From the IMG/VR virus record IMGVR_UViG_3300017780_001329, positions 1-37,364 of that record: a stretch of 37,364 bases of DNA, one strand, 5' to 3'. Shown in pieces: positions 1-8,500 of the stretch. A model generated the notes under the pieces. It did not search any database. It was not told the DNA's origin and was given only the letters and a program-made list of their open reading frames with translations. The position numbers and the translations under genes are program-made. The DNA is from a virus. Its lineage: Duplodnaviria; Caudoviricetes. Position 1 is the first letter of the stretch. Every line of letters starts with the position of its first letter.

Positions 1-1197
1 CAGGCGTTCCCCCCCAGCCCGACCGAGGAGGAACGCGACGCCGCAGTTGCCGTCGTGAAGGAGGTCTACCTTGGCGGCTTCAAGCCCTCGACGCCCGCCG
101 ACGCCGCCAACATCATGGGGTCGGCGCTGATGGCCATCGTCCAGCCGGGGTGCAACGACCGCTCGCCGATGGTGCTGATCAACAAGCCAGAGCAGAACAG
201 CGGCGGCTCGTGGCTGGGCCGCGTCCTGACCATGACCGCGACCGGAGCAGACCCGTCCGTCGAGAACTGGCCGGAGGACAACGAGGAGGAGCAGCGCAAG
301 CAGTTGTTCGCTGGCCTGCGCGAGCAGCCCGCCGCCCGCATGTACGACAACGTGAAGGGGACGCTGGAGGGTTCGGCGCTCGCCATAGCCGCCGAGGCTC
401 GCACCATGCACGGCCGCGTGCTGGGGACGTCGGAGTCGGCCACGTTCGCCATCAACTGCTGTCTGGTGTTCGCAGGCAATGGCGTGACGCTCGATCTCGA
501 CATGCGTCGCCGCACGAACTTCATCAACCTCGATGCGTTCGCGACGGACGCAGAGCGCAAGGCCGCGCGTGCGGGGAGTGTCTCGAAGGAGACGCTGTGG
601 CTCGAACACAACCACCAGCGCGCCGTAGAGGCGCTCCTGACCATGACCGCGTGGTGGCTCACGCACGGCATGCCTCGTGGCAAGACCCTCGACAGCTACG
701 AGGAGACGACCGGCATCGTTGGTGGGATACTGGAGGCGTGCGGCATTGCCGGGTGGCTGGACAATCGGGGCGGCGAATCCTTCGAGATGCTGTCTGACTC
801 CGACGAGACCGAGGCCCTGTTCGTGCGCGACCTGTGGTCGGTCTTCGGGGAACGCGGGTTCGAGTGCAAGGAGGTCGACGAGGCGTGGGTTCAGGACGAG
901 GAGAAGTCGCTGCCGATCAGGACCAACGACAGCCCCAACACCAACGCCCGAATTTCGAGGCTGGGGCTGTGGTTGAGGAGGAGGCGTGGCCGGTACTTCA
1001 CGGTGGTCGAAGGGCGTCCAGCGGTCGCCGCAGCCCCGGCGGGGGCCGGTCGGAGGTCGATCCTCGCCCAGCCTGCGGTGGAGGAAGTCAGGGCGAAGCT
1101 GGAATTTACACGCACCGCGCAGAATAGGACGTACCGGCTCACGAAGATTACTGCACAGGGCGTGCTGGATGTTTTGGGTGAAAGTGCCGGTGAATGA
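1..1197 (+). CDS. Phage primase-associated helicase/ATPase, C-terminal part (5'-truncated by window edge)
   Basis: Frame is open from base 1 (QAFPPSPTEEERDAAV...). It carries motifs typical of this phage helicase family: P-loop region PMVLINKPEQNSGGS, YDNV (Walker B-like), GRVLGTSE, FAGNG, DMRRR and a winged-helix-like C-terminus (RLGLWL). An iteron region follows. Confidence 0.7.
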   Translation, partial: QAFPPSPTEEERDAAVAVVKEVYLGGFKPSTPADAANIMGSALMAIVQPGCNDRSPMVLINKPEQNSGGSWLGRVLTMTATGADPSVENWPEDNEEEQRKQLFAGLREQPAARMYDNVKGTLEGSALAIAAEARTMHGRVLGTSESATFAINCCLVFAGNGVTLDLDMRRRTNFINLDAFATDAERKAARAGSVSKETLWLEHNHQRAVEALLTMTAWWLTHGMPRGKTLDSYEETTGIVGGILEACGIAGWLDNRGGESFEMLSDSDETEALFVRDLWSVFGERGFECKEVDEAWVQDEEKSLPIRTNDSPNTNARISRLGLWLRRRRGRYFTVVEGRPAVAAAPAGAGRRSILAQPAVEEVRAKLEFTRTAQNRTYRLTKITAQGVLDVLGESAGE

Positions 1198-1405
1198 CAC
1201 GTTGGGGGCCGCTGGTGACGGGTGTGAAAACGACCCGTCATTGGAAATTCCCCAATGATTTCAACGGCCCATGACGGGATGACAGGTGTGACACTCTTTT
1301 ACAAGGCTACATAGTCTATAGAAATAATGGCAATGTTTTTTCCCGTGAGTATTACTAGGCTTCCAGTGACGGCGTCATCCCGTCATGCCGTCATTGGGCG
1401 TCATG
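1195..1405. repeat. Putative replication origin: inverted arrays of TGAC/GTCA iterons flanking an AT-rich core
   Basis: TGAC at 1195, 1216, 1272, 1280, 1289, 1367; GTCA at 1237, 1374, 1382, 1390, 1400. Perfect 14-bp inverted repeat CATGACGGGATGAC (1270-1283) / GTCATCCCGTCATG (1374-1387) around AT-rich 1293-1360. Lies directly after the primase/helicase gene. Confidence 0.65.
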
Positions 1406-1423
1406 GGCGGCTAGGAGGGTACG

Positions 1424-1981
1424 ATGGCAGAGAAACGTGATCCAGAGACCGGCATGCTGGTCGACGACAGCCCCGCGCTGCGGCTCGCGGCCCGCGATTG
1501 GCGGTCCATCGCGGCGATGCGTCACCCGATGAAGGTGGCCCTGTGGCTCGCCTTGATGCGGCCAGCGCACGAGGTGATCGAGCGGGCGGCCAGCGGGTGG
1601 AAGCCCGTCGGTGAGGGTGAGGACCCCGAGGTCGTACCAGAGTCAGAGCGCCGCGAGCCTGTCCCCTCGATCATCGCGCTGGGCGAGGCGATGCTGGCGC
1701 GTGCGTTGACGGGCGACACCGCGGCGCAGAGTCAGATCAGCGACCGCATCGAGGGGAAGGTGGGTCAGCGATCCGGCGACGTCGATCCGGCGGTCGAGGC
1801 CAGCCGCGAGGTGGTCACGGCGACAATCGAGGCCATCGTGCGGGGCTTCACCAATCAAAAACTTGGCAAGGCGGTCGACGTCGAGATTCTCGGCGAGACA
1901 GACATTGTGTCTGATCGCAAACGAGAGGATACTGAACGCCCGACCAAGAAGCCAAATGGGAAGATCAATGGATCACACTGA
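1424..1981 (+). CDS. terS: Putative terminase small subunit
   Basis: Strong RBS (AGGAGG 1413-1418). Helical motif 'ALGEAMLARALTGDTAAQSQISDRIEGKV' resembles TerS-like A..GD..A...I.DR.EGK proteins. First gene upstream of TerL. Confidence 0.55.
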   Translation: MAEKRDPETGMLVDDSPALRLAARDWRSIAAMRHPMKVALWLALMRPAHEVIERAASGWKPVGEGEDPEVVPESERREPVPSIIALGEAMLARALTGDTAAQSQISDRIEGKVGQRSGDVDPAVEASREVVTATIEAIVRGFTNQKLGKAVDVEILGETDIVSDRKREDTERPTKKPNGKINGSH

Positions 1982-2048
1982 CAAAGACTTTTGGTTGAAG
2001 ATCAGCATCCGCAACAACCGGCTAAAGGCAGGCAAGCATCATGGCTAA
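1968..2048 (+). CDS. Possible 26-aa micro-ORF (MDHTDKDFWLKISIRNNRLKAGKHHG)
   Basis: Overlaps both neighbours and fills the gap between them; weak GGGAAG RBS upstream. Confidence 0.25.
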   Translation: MDHTDKDFWLKISIRNNRLKAGKHHG

Positions 2049-2346
2049 ATCACCCACTTGGCAGACCAAGGCTGGAAAGAACCCCGAGGGAGGCCTGAAC
2101 GCCAAAGGGCGGGCTTCCGCCAAGGCGGAAGGCATGAACCTGAAGGCTCCGGTAAAGTCTGGAGACAATCCTCGTCGTGCATCTTTTCTTGCCCGCATGG
2201 GCGGCATGCCCGGACCGGAAAAGAAACCAGATGGAGAACCCACTAGGCTTTTGCTTTCTCTCCACGCTTGGGGCGCAAGCTCCAAGGCTGATGCAAAAGC
2301 AAAAGCAACGGCTATCTCCAAGCGCAACAAAAACAATGGTAGTTAG
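2041..2346 (+). CDS. Small basic phage protein (DUF6321-like)
   Basis: MAKSPTWQ.K.GKNPEGGLNAKGRAS...RRASFLARMGG pattern, recalled from uncultured podovirus packaging regions; very Lys-rich. Confidence 0.7.
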   Translation: MAKSPTWQTKAGKNPEGGLNAKGRASAKAEGMNLKAPVKSGDNPRRASFLARMGGMPGPEKKPDGEPTRLLLSLHAWGASSKADAKAKATAISKRNKNNGS

Positions 2347-2378
2347 CCGTACCACATGCGCGCGATGGGGAGAGCAGT

Positions 2379-2612
2379 GTGACCACTGATACGTTCATCT
2401 GTGACCACTGCGGCAAGACATACCCACGCGACACGTCGGACGCGGCGGAAGCGGCGGTGCTCGCCGAGGCCGAGAGGCGGTTCGGCCATTTACCACCAGA
2501 GGGTCGTGCTGTGGTGTGCAATGGCTGCTACGCGAAGTTCATCGCGGACCTCGACCGCCGCATCGCCGAGGTGTTGGTGAGTGACGACACGAGTAAGAGG
2601 ACGCTGCACTGA
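2379..2612 (+). CDS. Small zinc-finger protein
   Basis: CDHC...CNGC; RBS GGGAGAG; stop overlaps the next ATG. Confidence 0.7.
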   Translation: MTTDTFICDHCGKTYPRDTSDAAEAAVLAEAERRFGHLPPEGRAVVCNGCYAKFIADLDRRIAEVLVSDDTSKRTLH

Positions 2613-3205
2613 TGACGACACAGTACGCACCACGCCCATCGCGCGCTGTCGCTGGCAGCTTCGGACGCATGGACAACGAGCGCCATCCCGAGGACCTCTA
2701 CGAGACGCCAGCGTCGGCGGTCGATGCGCTGTACAACGACGACAACATCGCGGCACCCATCCTCGAACCGAGCGCGGGCAAGGGTGCGATTGTCAAGAAG
2801 CTGCGAGCGTTGGGCTTCACGGTCGTCGCCTACGACCTGCACGACTGGTATGGTGCCGAGGGCGTCGAACCGGGCATCGACTTCCTCGCGCAGTTCGACA
2901 CGCGCAAGTGCAAGAGCATCGTGATGAACCCGCCGTTCAAGGATGCCGACAAGCATGTGCGACACGCGCTGAACATTCTCCCGCAGCACGGCACGCTCTA
3001 TGTGCTGCTCCGACTCACATGGATCGCGGCCAAGAAGCGCGCCGACCTGCTGCCGCACATCGACAAGATCATCATCATCGGTCGCACCAAGATGCTGCCA
3101 CCCAACGTCGAGGACAAAGGTCACAGCGGCACGGTCGACTTCGCGTGGTTCGTGATGAAGCCGCATCGGCTTCCGCTTGGAACAACAATAGTGAGGACAG
3201 CATGA
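2612..3205 (+). CDS. DNA N6-adenine methyltransferase (orphan)
   Basis: DLYETP, SAM-binding LEPSAGKG, IDFL, catalytic MNPPF and C-terminal FAWFV. Confidence 0.88.
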   Translation: MTTQYAPRPSRAVAGSFGRMDNERHPEDLYETPASAVDALYNDDNIAAPILEPSAGKGAIVKKLRALGFTVVAYDLHDWYGAEGVEPGIDFLAQFDTRKCKSIVMNPPFKDADKHVRHALNILPQHGTLYVLLRLTWIAAKKRADLLPHIDKIIIIGRTKMLPPNVEDKGHSGTVDFAWFVMKPHRLPLGTTIVRTA

Positions 3206-3423
3206 GTCGCGGCAAGTCCGACCTCTTCGACATCACCGTCGAGCTTGTACACCAGACCGACAGAGCGTGGCTGGTGAACGACGGCACGCTGAGTGCTGAC
3301 GACAGCAAGCCTGTCAACGTGTGGGTGCCCAAGAGTCAGTGCGAGTTGGAGCGCAACTCCGACGGCAAGACGTGGACGCTTACAGGTCCCGAGTGGTTGC
3401 TCGACGCGAAGGGGCTGACGTGA
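3202..3423 (+). CDS. Small conserved phage protein (73 aa)
   Basis: True start is probably ATG 3202 (ATGA overlap with the MTase stop, GAGG RBS). Motif T.RAWLV...VWVPKSQ...PEWL..KGL is typical of a small phage family. Confidence 0.75.
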   Translation: MSRGKSDLFDITVELVHQTDRAWLVNDGTLSADDSKPVNVWVPKSQCELERNSDGKTWTLTGPEWLLDAKGLT

Positions 3424-3457
3424 CCCGTGCGTCTGACTCGACGGTAAGGCACACGCC

Positions 3458-4954
3458 GTGACCTCCCTCGCCTCTCGCCTGCGCGCGATGAGCGAAGGCG
3501 ACCTCGCCTTCGTTGACGCCGAGCGTGCGTGGGCCGAGCGGGCGCGTGTCGACCAAGTGCTTCCCATCGACGGCTGGTCGCTGACCATCGCGCAGCCGGG
3601 TCGAGGCTGGGGCAAGACGATGAGCGGCAGCGCGTGGGTGCGGCGCTGCGCTGGTCTCTACCCCGGCTGCATCATCCATGTCGTCGCACCTACCTACGCC
3701 GACTTGCGCGGCGTCGTGTTCGGCGGCGCGTCGGGCCTGCTCGCGTCGATCCCTCGCGTGTTGATCAAGGAGATCAACCACTCGCTGTTCGAGGTGCGTT
3801 TCTGGAACGGCACGCTGATCCGGGGCTTCAGTGCCGAGGCCCCCGACCGCCTGCGCGGCCCGCAGTGTACGTTCGTGTGGGGCGACGAGTTGGCCGCGTG
3901 GCCCAACGCCGACGAGACGCTGACCAACATCGACATGAGCACGCGGCTCGTCTACCGCGCGCACGACGGCAGGCTTGTCCAGCCGCAACGCTACTACACG
4001 ACGACGCCGCGCCCGCTGTCGTGGCTCAAGAAGATGATCGACCGCGCCGACCGCGTCATCCACGGCTCGACCTACGACAACAAGGCGAACCTCGCCGAGG
4101 GCTTCCTGCGCGACCTGCGACAGTACGAGGGAACGCAGATCGGGCGGCAGGAGATACACGGCGAGCTACTCGACATCGGCGAACAGGCGATCATCAAGCG
4201 TAGCTGGCTGAAGCTGTGGCCAGCCAAGAAGCCGCTGCCGTGGTTCGAGTTCGTCATGGTGTCGCTCGACACTGCGCTGACCGAGAAGACCTTCGACAAG
4301 AAGAGCTACGAGGCAGACCCGACGGCCTGCACGGTGTGGGGCGTGTTCCTTCACGAGAAGAAGTGGTGCGTCATACTACTCGAATGCTGGCACGACCAGA
4401 TAGGCTTCCCCGAGCTTGTGATGCGGGCCAAGAAGGACATGAAGGCGATCTACGGTCGTAGGCGCGACGTGTTGTTCAAGCCGCTCATCGGGTCGCAGCA
4501 CGAGTTCGAGCAGGTCAAGCGTCCCGACCTGATGATCATCGAGGACAAGGGCAGCGGCATCAGCCTGCGCCAGACGCTGGCCAACGAGGGCATCGACTCG
4601 TACCCCTACAACCCCGGCAAGGCGGACAAGTTGTCGAGGCTGCACGCGGTCAGCCACGTCGCGGCGTCGGGCCGCGTGTTCCTGATCGAGTCGCTGGTCA
4701 GCCCCGGCGAGGCGCGCGACTGGGTGCAGCCGTTCTTGGACGAGGTGTGCGTCTACTCAGGCCCCGGCACGACACCGCACGACGACTTCGTTGACTCGTT
4801 CTCGCAGGCGATGAGATTTTATGCCGACAGGTGGCTGAACGCCGGAGTCGGAGAGGTGGTCAAGGACGGCAGCGTCGAGTACCTGCCCCCGCCGCTGCCC
4901 GAGGACATGCCCAAGGACTTCTACGACCAGCAGACGGAGAACCCGTATTCCTAG
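3458..4954 (+). CDS. terL: Terminase large subunit
   Basis: Walker A GRGWGKT, VAPT, RLRGPQ, Walker B WGDE, TTTP coupling motif, STYDN; RNase H-like nuclease SLDTA, IEDKGSG, HDDFVDS. Confidence 0.96.
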   Translation: MTSLASRLRAMSEGDLAFVDAERAWAERARVDQVLPIDGWSLTIAQPGRGWGKTMSGSAWVRRCAGLYPGCIIHVVAPTYADLRGVVFGGASGLLASIPRVLIKEINHSLFEVRFWNGTLIRGFSAEAPDRLRGPQCTFVWGDELAAWPNADETLTNIDMSTRLVYRAHDGRLVQPQRYYTTTPRPLSWLKKMIDRADRVIHGSTYDNKANLAEGFLRDLRQYEGTQIGRQEIHGELLDIGEQAIIKRSWLKLWPAKKPLPWFEFVMVSLDTALTEKTFDKKSYEADPTACTVWGVFLHEKKWCVILLECWHDQIGFPELVMRAKKDMKAIYGRRRDVLFKPLIGSQHEFEQVKRPDLMIIEDKGSGISLRQTLANEGIDSYPYNPGKADKLSRLHAVSHVAASGRVFLIESLVSPGEARDWVQPFLDEVCVYSGPGTTPHDDFVDSFSQAMRFYADRWLNAGVGEVVKDGSVEYLPPPLPEDMPKDFYDQQTENPYS

Positions 4955-5519
4955 CACCCTCGACCCCACAAAGATTCTCTACTGCCTCTACGATCCGACG
5001 TCGCCTGACTCGGTCGCGACGGCGTGGGTGGTCAGGCACGTCTGCCAACGCGACGCGATCTCGCTGGAGCTTGCGGCGAACGAGCCTAATGCGGCGATAC
5101 CGCCCGACTTCATGGACCGCCACGTCGTGATCGCCGGGGTCCGGTGGTCGGTCGCCGCCATCAATCTCATGGCGCGGCACTCCGAGACCGTGGTCCTGTT
5201 TCCGACTCTCAACGGCTTCGAGAGCTACGACGCGCTGAAGACTGTGCCGCCGTACAAGGACTGGACCAAGGACGGCTACGCGATCACCGGGATAGCGCCC
5301 AGCGACCCGCAGCACGTCGGCAGGGGCTATGTGTGCCGCGAGGTGGGCATGTCTCCGCAGGCCACGGCGTGGCGCTTCTTCCGCCCCGGAACCCCCGTGC
5401 CGAGCTTCCTGACCCAGCCATCGACGTCCACCGACCCGGACTGGGCCTTCGCCGCCTACGACAGGGCGATGCAGGGGGAACAGCCCGCTGGCGGGTCAGA
5501 ACCGACTCTGGTAAGCTAG
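4947..5519 (+). CDS. Degenerate DHH-phosphoesterase-like protein (likely non-canonical ATT start at 4947; ORF track start is 5028)
   Basis: LYCLYDPTSPDSVATAWVV / PPDFMDRHVVIAG / MARHSETVVLF / AWRFFRPGTPVP follow the layout of phage DHH (NrnB-like) proteins but lack the DHH triad; GGAGA RBS at 4936-4940. Confidence 0.55.
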   Translation: MPSTLDPTKILYCLYDPTSPDSVATAWVVRHVCQRDAISLELAANEPNAAIPPDFMDRHVVIAGVRWSVAAINLMARHSETVVLFPTLNGFESYDALKTVPPYKDWTKDGYAITGIAPSDPQHVGRGYVCREVGMSPQATAWRFFRPGTPVPSFLTQPSTSTDPDWAFAAYDRAMQGEQPAGGSEPTLVS

Positions 5520-5553
5520 GTCCTACCTCCGCCCCTCGACGAGGCCTGTCGTC

Positions 5554-8500
5554 ATGCCCGACCCCCGCATTTTTGCCAAGTTCGCTCGCGACATCGCGGG
5601 CTGGTATGGCGACGTGGGGAGGACCGCCGAGAAGCAGGTACTGGAAGAGGCGCAGCGATACGGACGCGAGGCAGGACGCTTCGGCTCGCCTGACGTGGAC
5701 GGCAAGGGCTTCCTGTCGGGGCCGCTCCTCGGCAAGGCAGCTTCCGTCGACTACAGCGTGACGAGGGGCCGCGACGACGTGGGCTACCCACCGAGCAAGT
5801 CGCTTAGGCCTCACGACAGCGGCTGGAACCAGTTCCGCGAGGACGTCAACGAGGGCGTCATCCCCGGCTTCGACATGCACAGCCACCCGCCGCTCGACAC
5901 GTCCACCGGCTGGGCTGGGCCGTTCGGATCACAGGCCGACATTAAGAACGCGATGCGGCGCGGCGTGGCCGGTCCTCTCACGCCGTCCGAGGGTGACTTC
6001 AGCGTCTGGCTCCGGCACTACAACGACAGCATCGGCGACTTCACCCCGCGTCCGACTCTGCGCCAGACGGCGTACATCCAAGGGTCGCAGCCCCGCTCGC
6101 TGTTGGCGCTGGGTTCGCCTGACTTCAACGAAGACCTGCTCCCCGGCATCGACAAGGTAGCGCCCGCCGATCTCTACAAAATAATGATGGAGCAGAACGC
6201 GAAGCGCGGCTCGCTCTACGGCGAACTCCGCGGCAGTTCCGCCGCGACCGACGTCACAAAGGACTACGGCGCGACGCTGCCCGAGTTGTGGGCGGCGATC
6301 CACACCAACCGCATGGCGCAGCGCGGCGTGCCGATGACGTTCGAGGATCGTGCGCCGTTTGGCAACGGCTGGCTTCAGGACGCGATGTCCGACTTCTACA
6401 AGAGCAGCGACCGCCACGGCGAGGGCTACGAGCAGGGCGGCCCCGTCGAGATGGAGACAGGTGGCGGAGTCCTCCGCAAGCTGATCCGCGCCTACCACGG
6501 CTCGCCGTATGCGTTCGACAAGTTCGACCCAACGAAGATTGGCAGCGGCGAGGGCGCGCAGGCCTACGGCTACGGCCACTACTTCACCGACAAGGAGGAC
6601 ATCGCGCGGGGGTACAGGGACAGGTTAGTTGGACGAGCATTGCCCGATTCCTCGAACGATGATCCAGCCTTCCGCGCTTATGTGGCGACGCAACTCAATG
6701 GCGGCTTTGATCAAGCACTGGAGGCCTTGCGGAGCAACTCCTACGCCGAAAGGAACGGTCCAGTCATAGAAGCTCTTCTGTCGGGGGCCTACAGGAAGCA
6801 CGAGCCGTCACGCGGCCACATGTACGACGTCAACCTCGGCGTGAACCCGCAGGACCTGCTGAACTGGGATGCGCCGCTGACTGATGTGTCCTCCAAGATT
6901 CGCGACCCCTTGTTGTCTGTGCTGGACAAGGCATCCTCGATCCACCCAAACGCCGAAGGCATGTTCCGAAGCCTCTACAACAACAAATCGGATTTGGGCC
7001 GTTACACGGGCAGGGACGTGTATTCGTCGTTGTCTGGTCCTTGGACTCCCCGCGCCAAAGGAAAGGAGGAAGCGTCCTCTCTTTTGTTTGGCGAAGGCAT
7101 CCCCGGCATCAGGTACCTCGACGGCATGTCACGCAACGCTGGCGAGGGCACCAGCAACTACGTCATGTTCCCCGGCACCGAGGGCCGGATCAAGATCAAC
7201 AACCGCTACGAGCACGGCGGCCCCGTCGACACGCCCACCGAGGGCGAGGGCGGCATGTACGGCGCACCTGACTCGATGTTTAACACGCCCGAGTCGCTGG
7301 CCGCCGCGCTCTACCCGCAGCACGGCACGGCGTATGGCGGCGGTGGCAAGGTTCGGCGCGCGTTGGAGAAGGCAGGACAGTTGGCGCGCGATGCGCTGCT
7401 GGGCGACCTGCCCGAGTACAAGCCCGGTGAGGAGACGTACCTGCGCTTCGGCAAGTGGCCCAAGAGTGAGCGCAGCCGGAACTACATCGAGGGGGGACGC
7501 GAGGAAGGCGTCTCGGTTTATCCGTTGGCCCCCCACGGTGGTCCGCCGCTGGATTGGAGCGACAGCGGCGAGCTTGACTCGCACCGTTACCAGCGCCTGA
7601 AGGGTTCGGTGTTCCCCTACAGTCCTGCCAACCCGAAACAGGACCACAACCACCCGAGCTTTTTTGTTCAAGGGCGCGAGGTCGGCATAGGTCAGGACGG
7701 CGAGCCGTTGCTGCGCGAAGTGAAGCCGTTGTCGCGTGATTGGCATAGCCCACAGGTAGGCGACAACGAGGCAGCGCCTCTTTCGTACTTCCGTCGGTAC
7801 GACGACGAACCATTGCCGGGAATTGTGAAGCCGTTCGATGGAGCGTTTGCCGACGGCGGCCCAGTCCACATGGAGTACGGCGGCATCCTGCGTCGCGCGT
7901 CGCGCCTCGGCGACATGATGAACGAGATCACGAACCGGCATGGCGCGTCACAGGGCCGCCGCTTCGAGCAGGCGTCTGACTCCGCGAACCTTGAGCACTT
8001 CAGTGACAAGGGTCTGCTGAATGCGTTTGGCAACAACAGCCCGCTTCTCACGACGATGCCGCCGGGGCGCTTCGAGGACTTCGCAACGCCGATCCCTGAG
8101 AGGATCATCAACGAGCGTCCGTACTACAAGTGGGGCTACCACGACGACGCCGACATGCTGTCACCGGGACAGCAGACCTATGATGAGTATCTCCGCGAAC
8201 TCAGGAACGTCTCGGAGTATGGCGGCGGCCTGAGCGAGGTTCCGTACCTCCGCCTCAGACGTGGCCTGCCCTTCAACGAGGTAGGTGAGCACGAAGGCCG
8301 TCACCGTCAACGGATGCTTGCCGAGATGGGTGAACCCAATTCACTGGTTCAGCTACTGCCGGGGGACACCAGCCGTGGCCTTCAGGAAGGTCGCGTCGAG
8401 CGCCTGATGAAGAGCTACTTCCTGCATGGCAACGAGACGCCGTACATGCCGGAGAAGTCCAACGTGTACGACGCCTTCCGCCCGATGGTGCAGTTCCCCA

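Noticed and set aside
1012-1090. Quasi-symmetric insert GRPAVAAAPAGAGRRSILAQPAVEEV in the helicase C-terminus as a mobile element
   Set aside because: No terminal repeats or DNA-level duplication seen; more likely a low-complexity loop extension
1195-1405. CRISPR-like or mini-array
   Set aside because: Repeat units are only 4-8 nt, inverted and irregularly spaced, with no repeat-spacer periodicity and no cas genes
2581-3201. 280-aa ORF 2581-3423 as a single gene
   Set aside because: The first ~207 codons overlap the methyltransferase in another frame and look non-coding; only 3202-3423 has an RBS and a family-like motif
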